The notes below the pieces were generated by a model. That model saw nothing but the letters and a program-made list of their open reading frames with translations. It had not been told where the DNA came from and did not search any database. The position numbers and the translations under genes are program-made. Source: Octopus vulgaris (Eukaryota). From it: a stretch of DNA of 64,000 nt. Every line of letters starts with the position of its first letter. The stretch's first letter is position 1. The DNA lies in NCBI GenBank assembly GCA_951406725.2, contig OX597815.1, positions 165,540,001 through 165,604,000 on the forward strand, read 5' to 3'. Positions 56,871 through 64,000 of the stretch are shown here, in pieces.

Positions 56871-57394
56871 CTTGTGCTAACCACGCTCGCTTCTGTAATT
56901 CAAACAGAAATACAATATAGAAGATAATTTCTCCGCAATGTTTCAATATACTTGCCATTGTTTTGTTTTTATTTGTTTTTCTTCGATCGCCCAGCAATAA
57001 ACTGTACACACTTAATTAGACACAGCTGCTTTTAAGGACGCTCACAAATGCTGAAATTACCTGGTAGGCAGTAAATGATTGCATGTCAGATCAAATTAGC
57101 AGAATAATAAAAGCAACAAGTTGCATGTTTATTAGTTATCTGCTTAGTTATCTATCGCTCTATTTAGTTTTCGGTTGATAAGTCAACGCGCATAGGCAAG
57201 TACAGGCCCAAAATCAAATGACATCAATACGTACATACATACGTCAATCTATCCATATATCCACCCGTACGCGTGCGCGTACACACACAGACACACACAG
57301 AGGCAAACATACATACATATATATTCATACACATATACGTATGTACAAATATTGATGTCGATATAAATACATATATATACATATGTGCATTCAT

Positions 57395-57489
<95 letters not shown>

Positions 57490-57533
57490 CCTACCTATCT
57501 ATCTACCTACATATCTAGCTAGCTAGCAAGCTA

Positions 57534-57599
<66 letters not shown>

Positions 57600-57704
57600 C
57601 ATATATATATACATATATATATACATATATATATATATATACATACATACATATATATATATATACATACATACATACATACATATATATAAATATATAT
57701 ATAT

Positions 57705-57743
<39 letters not shown>

Positions 57744-57766
57744 CATACATATATAAATATATATAT

Positions 57767-57845
<79 letters not shown>

Positions 57846-58512
57846 TATGCATATGTATACATATATGCATCCATCCATATATATATACATATACACACAC
57901 GTACATATATATAATACAATAGAGAAGAGAGTAACGAGGAAAGGTATGAGTTCTGCGCAAACTACGTATATAAAATGAAAAAAAAAAATATTGAATGTCT
58001 TAGATTTTCTTCCGTCAATATTTCGCAGCGCTTTGTTGGATAATTTCACGGATTATTTCATACATATATCGATTTCATATTTGTTTTTGTTTGTGTTCAG
58101 AATCGCGTTTTATTGTTTCGATTTATCTCTTTATTCCCAGTAAACGCGGGCAGCCACCTAATTCGTTGGTTTAGTGTGTCTCTTGATTCCATTCTGAGTA
58201 CATGACAGACAATGAAGATCAGAAAAATGGACTTGCTTTCTATCAGTGAGTTATCTTCAATTATCTATCTATCTATATATCTATCTATTTGTCTATCTAT
58301 CTGTCTGTCTGTCTGTGTATATATACATGTATATATATATACATATATATAAATACATATATATGTATATATATATATACATATATATATATACATATAT
58401 ATGCATATATATACATATACATATATATATATACATGTATATGCATATATATATACGCACATATATATATACATATATATACATATACAAATATATATAC
58501 ATATATATATAT

Positions 58513-58631
<119 letters not shown>

Positions 58632-58651
58632 CATATATATATATACACACA

Positions 58652-59516
58652 CATTACCTTGCAAAAGTATTCGGCCACTTTAAACCTTTATGAATTTCTA
58701 CTAATTGCCAACTTATAAGAGGATGTTTCGCATTGCGTTTGTTTACAAATGAAACATTGATCCTGTTGGAGTCATTTCCATACCGAACCATTATATTTTG
58801 CAGTAGGAGTTCTGGATGAAAGGTAAAGACGCGAGACGACCACCAAAAATGGCTGTGCAAATGTTTTTGGCCATCTTTCATAAACCAATGAAGATACAGT
58901 GTTTTAAAACGGAAATATGTCTATAATGAAAATTTATTATATAATGTTTATTTCAAGAAGTTACTGTACATTGTTAATATGTCGTATGACTTCTCTTCGC
59001 TTGAATAATTGCTACTGCGCCTGGGAAGAGATGTGTACAAATCCTTCACCATTTTCCCAAGCCATTCTCTCTGGCTGAGTTCTCACAACTCTTCAAAATT
59101 GCATGAATTCTTCTGACAAGCTCTTCTCTTTAGTTCTGTCGATGATATTTAAGTCAGATCTCTGAGCTGGCCAGTCTTGCAATACGGTAACACCTTCATC
59201 ATCCAGACTCTGATGTGTTGCACGCAATTTGTAGCATGGAACTCCGTCATACGGAAAAAATCTCACATTCATCTATGTCTGGTATCAAATTGTCCTTCAG
59301 CAACTGAATGGATTTGGTACTATTCAAGTTACCGTCAATTTTAATCAACTTTCTTGAACCATTACTTTTTATATATTCCTAAAGCAGCAGATTCTTATCC
59401 CCAAACTTCACTACTTTCGTCGGTCGAATAACGTGGATCCTTTCTCTTTCCTGGGGTGGCCTTCTGACAAATTCTTGCATATTAGGACATTTACCGCAGA
59501 CTTTTGCTCGGTACTG
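58652..59516 (-). mobile_element. Internally deleted Tc1-like element
   Basis: Termini CATTACCTTGCAAAAGT / ACTTTTGCTCGGTACTG-TA; minus strand [25 protein letters not shown] (DDE region). Confidence 0.85.
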
Positions 59517-59564
<48 letters not shown>

Positions 59565-59570
59565 CACACA

Positions 59571-59853
59571 CATTACCTTGCAAAAGTATTCGGCCACTTT
59601 AAACCTTTATGAATTTCTACTAATTGCCAACTTATAAGAGGATGTTTCGCATTGCGTTTGTTTACAAATGAAACATTGATCCTGTTGGATCCATTCAGTT
59701 GCTGAAGGACAATTTGATACCAGACATAGATGAATGTGAAATTTTTTCCGTATGACGGAGTTCCATGCTACAAATTGCGTGAAACACATCAGAGTCTGGA
59801 TAATGAAGGTGATACCGTATTGCAAGACTGGCCAGCTCAGAGACCTGACTTAA
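59571..59853. repeat. Rearranged partial duplicate of the Tc1 element (direct plus inverted pieces)
   Basis: 59571-59689 matches 58652-58770; 59690-59853 is the reverse complement of ~59150-59312. Confidence 0.88.
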
Positions 59854-59883
59854 TATATATGTATATATATTTGTATATGTATA

Positions 59884-59986
<103 letters not shown>

Positions 59987-60160
59987 TAATAAATATTAGG
60001 GAATGAATCCAAAATTACAGGGAAAAATCAGATTTAGGGTTAAATCCAATTTTATAGTAAAATATTATATAATATAATTCGAGACAAAACCACTATTTTA
60101 AAACCAAACAAGGAAAGACTTAATCAATACATAAAATTTTAATATAAATTAAATAAACCG

Positions 60161-60204
60161 CCACTACAAATGTTTCATGTCTGCTACCGACAATCTTCAG
60201 GTGG
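60161..60204 (-). ncRNA. Canonical-core type I hammerhead motif in TA-flanked element ~59990-60290
   Basis: Minus strand CCAC-CTGAAGA-TTGTC(GGTAGCA)GACAT-GAAAC(ATTT)GTA-GTGG. Confidence 0.82.
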
Positions 60205-60296
60205 ATTTTCGATCTAAAAATATCAATATTTTAAAATATAATTTAAAATAATTTAAAATAATAAAATAATAAAATTATCAATGAAAGAATATATAC

Positions 60297-60345
<49 letters not shown>

Positions 60346-60543
60346 CATATATATATACATATATATATATATACACACACATATTACCTTGCATATGTAT
60401 GTATGTATATATATATGTGTATTAATATGTATATATATATATGTATATATATATAATATGTGACAATTATATTTACAGATAAATTCCTCTATTTACATAA
60501 TATCGAGGTCTCTTTCATTCTTTTCTTGTCTTACCATTTCTCT

Positions 60544-60583
<40 letters not shown>

Positions 60584-61232
60584 GTATCTAAACATACATA
60601 TGTACATAAATGTATACTTGTCCTTTAGTTGTTTCAGTCACTGGAGTGCGCTCATACTGTCGCACCGCCTTAAAAAGTTTTTTTCGTTTTGTTTTCTAGC
60701 GAGTAACTGAACCCCAGTATATATATATTTTAAAGTTTGCTACTTATTCTACCAGTCTCTTATTGCTGAACTGCTAATTGCGGAAGTTTAAACACACCAA
60801 GACTGAATGTCAAGCATCTCCGAGAGAACTCTCGGCTAGTTAACATTTGCCTGACAGTCAGTCAGACGAAGGGCAGCAGACCAAAGCTTCGACGTTACTG
60901 TCACTCTCATATTGTTTAAAGAAAAGTGTACTTTACTAAAAAGTATTTACTAAAAAAATTCTTCAGTTTAATGTTATATTTTTTAAAGTAGGGCTTTACA
61001 ATAACAATACTTACACACACACATACACACATTTATTCAAGCAACTTGCTTGAAAATCCTGTGTACCCACAGGTGAAGCTCAGACTTGACCAAAGTAAAA
61101 TATATCATTAAGCTCTACTATGGTATTGAGTGCTTTTATTTCCGGCAGCCAACACTAAACGCAGCTACACACATACACACACACGCACGCGCGCACACAC
61201 ACACACACACACACAAAATATATGTATGTATA

Positions 61233-61612
61233 TAGGCGTAGGAGTGGCTGTGTGGTATGTAGCTTGCTTACGAACCACATGGTTCCAGGTTCAGTCCCAC
61301 AGCGTGGTACCTTGGGCAAGTGTCTTCTACTATAGCCTCGGGCCGACCAAAGTCTTGTGAGTGGATTTGGTAGACGGAAACTGAAAGAAGCCCGTCGTAT
61401 ATATGTATATGTATATCTGTATGTGTGTGTGTCTGTGTTTGTCCACCCGACATCGCTTGACAACCGATGCTGGTGTGTTTACGTAACTTAGCGGTTCGAC
61501 AAAAGAGACCGATAGAATAAGTCCTGGGGTGGATTTACTCGACAAAAGGTGGTGCTCCAACATGGCCACTGTCAAATGACTGAAACAAGTAAAAGAGTTA
61601 AAAGAGTAAAGA
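61233..61612 (+). mobile_element. Family B SINE (CORE-like), full length
   Basis: tRNA-like head, ACCTTGGGCAAGT core, internal microsatellite, (AAAGAGT)n tail. Confidence 0.9.
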
Positions 61613-61788
61613 GTTATGGTATATTCTGTTAAGAACGTAGTAGAATACAATATAAAGCTCATCCACTTTCAGATTTAGCCTGTGTTATCCAGTAGTAGTA
61701 TTATATGTATCGTGTGAGGAAACAACTAGATCTCTTAATTCAGGGAAACAGTAGCATAATCAAGTACTTGTATGTATGCATGCATGTG

Positions 61789-61820
<32 letters not shown>

Positions 61821-63025
61821 TGTATGTATATATGTATTTATGTATGTATGTATGTATGTATGTGTGTGTATGTGTGTATGTATGTACAATTCAGTTTTAT
61901 CTTACGATAATTTTTTTATTTGTAGCAGGTAACGAATTCTATATTAGGCAGTAACAAGAATTGTTTCTTGTAAAAGCACTTGGCTTGAAATTTCGAGGAG
62001 GACATTGGTTAATGAAATTAAACCCTGCATGTGACTAGTACTTTATTCTACCGATATCGCAGGGATGGAAGGGAAATTTGACCTCGGCTAGATTCGAATT
62101 CAGACGTTAAAAACTGAAGAAATATGTCTAGTGCTTTTTAAATGATAAAACAAAAGCGTTACAAAAGAGAAAAACAATCGAAAGAAACGCATACTCTCTT
62201 ACGAAGTAATGATTTATTAAATATTGGAGCTATAACGTATTTGTTGATACCATGCGAATGATCAACAATTTAAGGAGATAACATGCATTTTATCATTGGA
62301 CTTTTATGGAGAAACAGATGGCTTCTGTTTTGAACAGAAATTTTTATATCTATGTTGCCGTATTTATGGTATCTATTATTTATAAGCTTATTGAAAACTT
62401 GTAGGTTTCCTGTTTTTAAACAGGTTTATCTTATTCGGAATAATTTGTGAAAAGGGATTACGAGTATGAGCGAGTCTTCTGAACGTTGTTTTTCGTTACG
62501 CGAACAAGAATAAGTGGTTCTATTAATGTCGTTTGATAAATGATGGAGCCAGTAGACATTTGGGCTGGATGCCAACACGAAAATATATGGCAGAATTTGA
62601 TTTGTGCCATGTATACGACTTTGAAAAAGCTCATTCTTGTGTATTACTATAGATAAATAATCAATATGTTCAGAGTTATGTGTTTTATTTAAATTTAGTC
62701 TCAGGGCTCCATGTTGGAAATTTTCGTCTTCACTAGAATGATGACCGCACACAATAATACCAGAGTTTCGATGACAGCTAATAAGCGTCTGATAAATGTT
62801 TAGTTGCACATGACTGGGAAATTAATTTTTCGTACGAGATAAGATACTGAGAGTATTGACTATTTACTTGAGGGATGGATCAATATGTGGTTTTCAATTT
62901 AAAATTCTTATCAAATATGATTCATAGAAATATAAATTAATCAACAAATTCTTTACTGTTACCATCAAATTTAAGCTGCTGGATATCTTCAGTGCAAGAG
63001 TAAAACAATAAATAGATACATGCAC

Positions 63026-63095
<70 letters not shown>

Positions 63096-63113
63096 CATAA
63101 ACACACACACGCA

Positions 63114-63153
<40 letters not shown>

Positions 63154-63549
63154 AATATACCTATATTCATATTTAGAAGAAGCAACAGAACGATTCAAGG
63201 TCCGAGAGCTTCGTGAGTTTCGAAACTTGAGTCACTCTGTTGCATCTGCTACATATTCTTTTCTGCTCTAGGTACAAGATCCGAAATTTTGGGGGAGGGG
63301 GCCAGTCGATTAGAACGACCCCAGTACGCAACTGGTATTTAAATTATCGATCCCGAAAGGATGAAAGGCAAAGTCAACCTCTACGGAATTTGAACAGACG
63401 AAATGTATTCGTATTTTGTACTTCATTTTGTTTACGTTCTCTGACGTCCTGTACCCATATATGCATATGTATATACATATATAAATACGTACATATATGT
63501 ACGTATACATGCATATATTATTATTATTATGTAATATATATATATATTA

Positions 63550-63550
<1 letters not shown>

Positions 63551-63600
<50 letters not shown>
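63551..63600. repeat. (AAT)n microsatellite
   Basis: Direct reading. Confidence 0.95.
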
Positions 63601-63605
<5 letters not shown>

Positions 63606-63608
63606 TAA

Positions 63609-63647
<39 letters not shown>

Positions 63648-63652
<5 letters not shown>

Positions 63653-63850
63653 AGAGAAAACACAGAGAAAAAGAAAAAAAAAGAAACAAACGTTTGGACG
63701 TGGCAACAGCAATGTATTAATAAGATGCTGAGAGAAGGAAAAGAGTAGAAGTTTTAAGTTTCGAGCATAGTTCTACTTCGGAAACAGGAAGAAACTGGAA
63801 AGTCCAAGACTAGGGAAGAAGTAAATCGCCAACAATTACGTGCGGTTAGA
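63648..63850 (-). mobile_element. Degenerate pLTR-like copy of the 27640-27885 family
   Basis: Minus strand GTTTCCGAAGTAGAACTATGCTCGAAACTTAAAAC. Confidence 0.6.
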
Positions 63851-63893
63851 TATTTTTGAAGTATATATATAGAACCATTCTATTTTAACAAAA

Positions 63894-63931
63894 CTGTCCG
63901 ACTAACGGGAACGTGAAACTCTGAGTAACAG
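63894..63931 (+). ncRNA. Degenerate hammerhead motif (3-8 pair broken)
   Basis: CTGT-CCGACTA-ACG(GGAA)CGT-GAAAC(TCTGA)GTA-ACAG. Confidence 0.55.
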
Positions 63932-64000
63932 CTTTTGCTATATTTCTGCTGCTTTTAAATAAAGCATATTACTCTACCTCTGGTATATGAGTACTCTTGT

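Noticed and set aside
62426-62809. 127-aa minus-strand ORF
   Set aside because: No recognisable motif or supported splice structure

Overview
Repeat-saturated, AT-rich eukaryotic DNA. The SINE families and dense (TA)n/(TACA)n/(TCTA)n microsatellites suggest a cephalopod (Octopus-like) intergenic or intronic region; this is an inference. I recognise no host protein-coding exon, and almost all ORFs in the track are microsatellite read-through. Recognisable content: dozens of tRNA-derived SINEs, mariner/Tc1 and Chapaev3 DNA-transposon relics, CR1, RTE and R4/Dong-like LINE fragments, and two Penelope-like (PLE) GIY-YIG endonuclease remnants. The most notable signal is a set of about 9 sequence-unrelated short non-coding elements, mostly sitting in (TA)n tracts, each carrying a minimal type I hammerhead ribozyme motif. 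Positions 3 and 8 of their cores covary (C-G, U-A, A-U). Two elements are very young, with tandem plus inverted architecture and ~360-bp monomers (11316-12114, 55746-56713), as expected for PLE-mobilised retrozyme-like RNAs.
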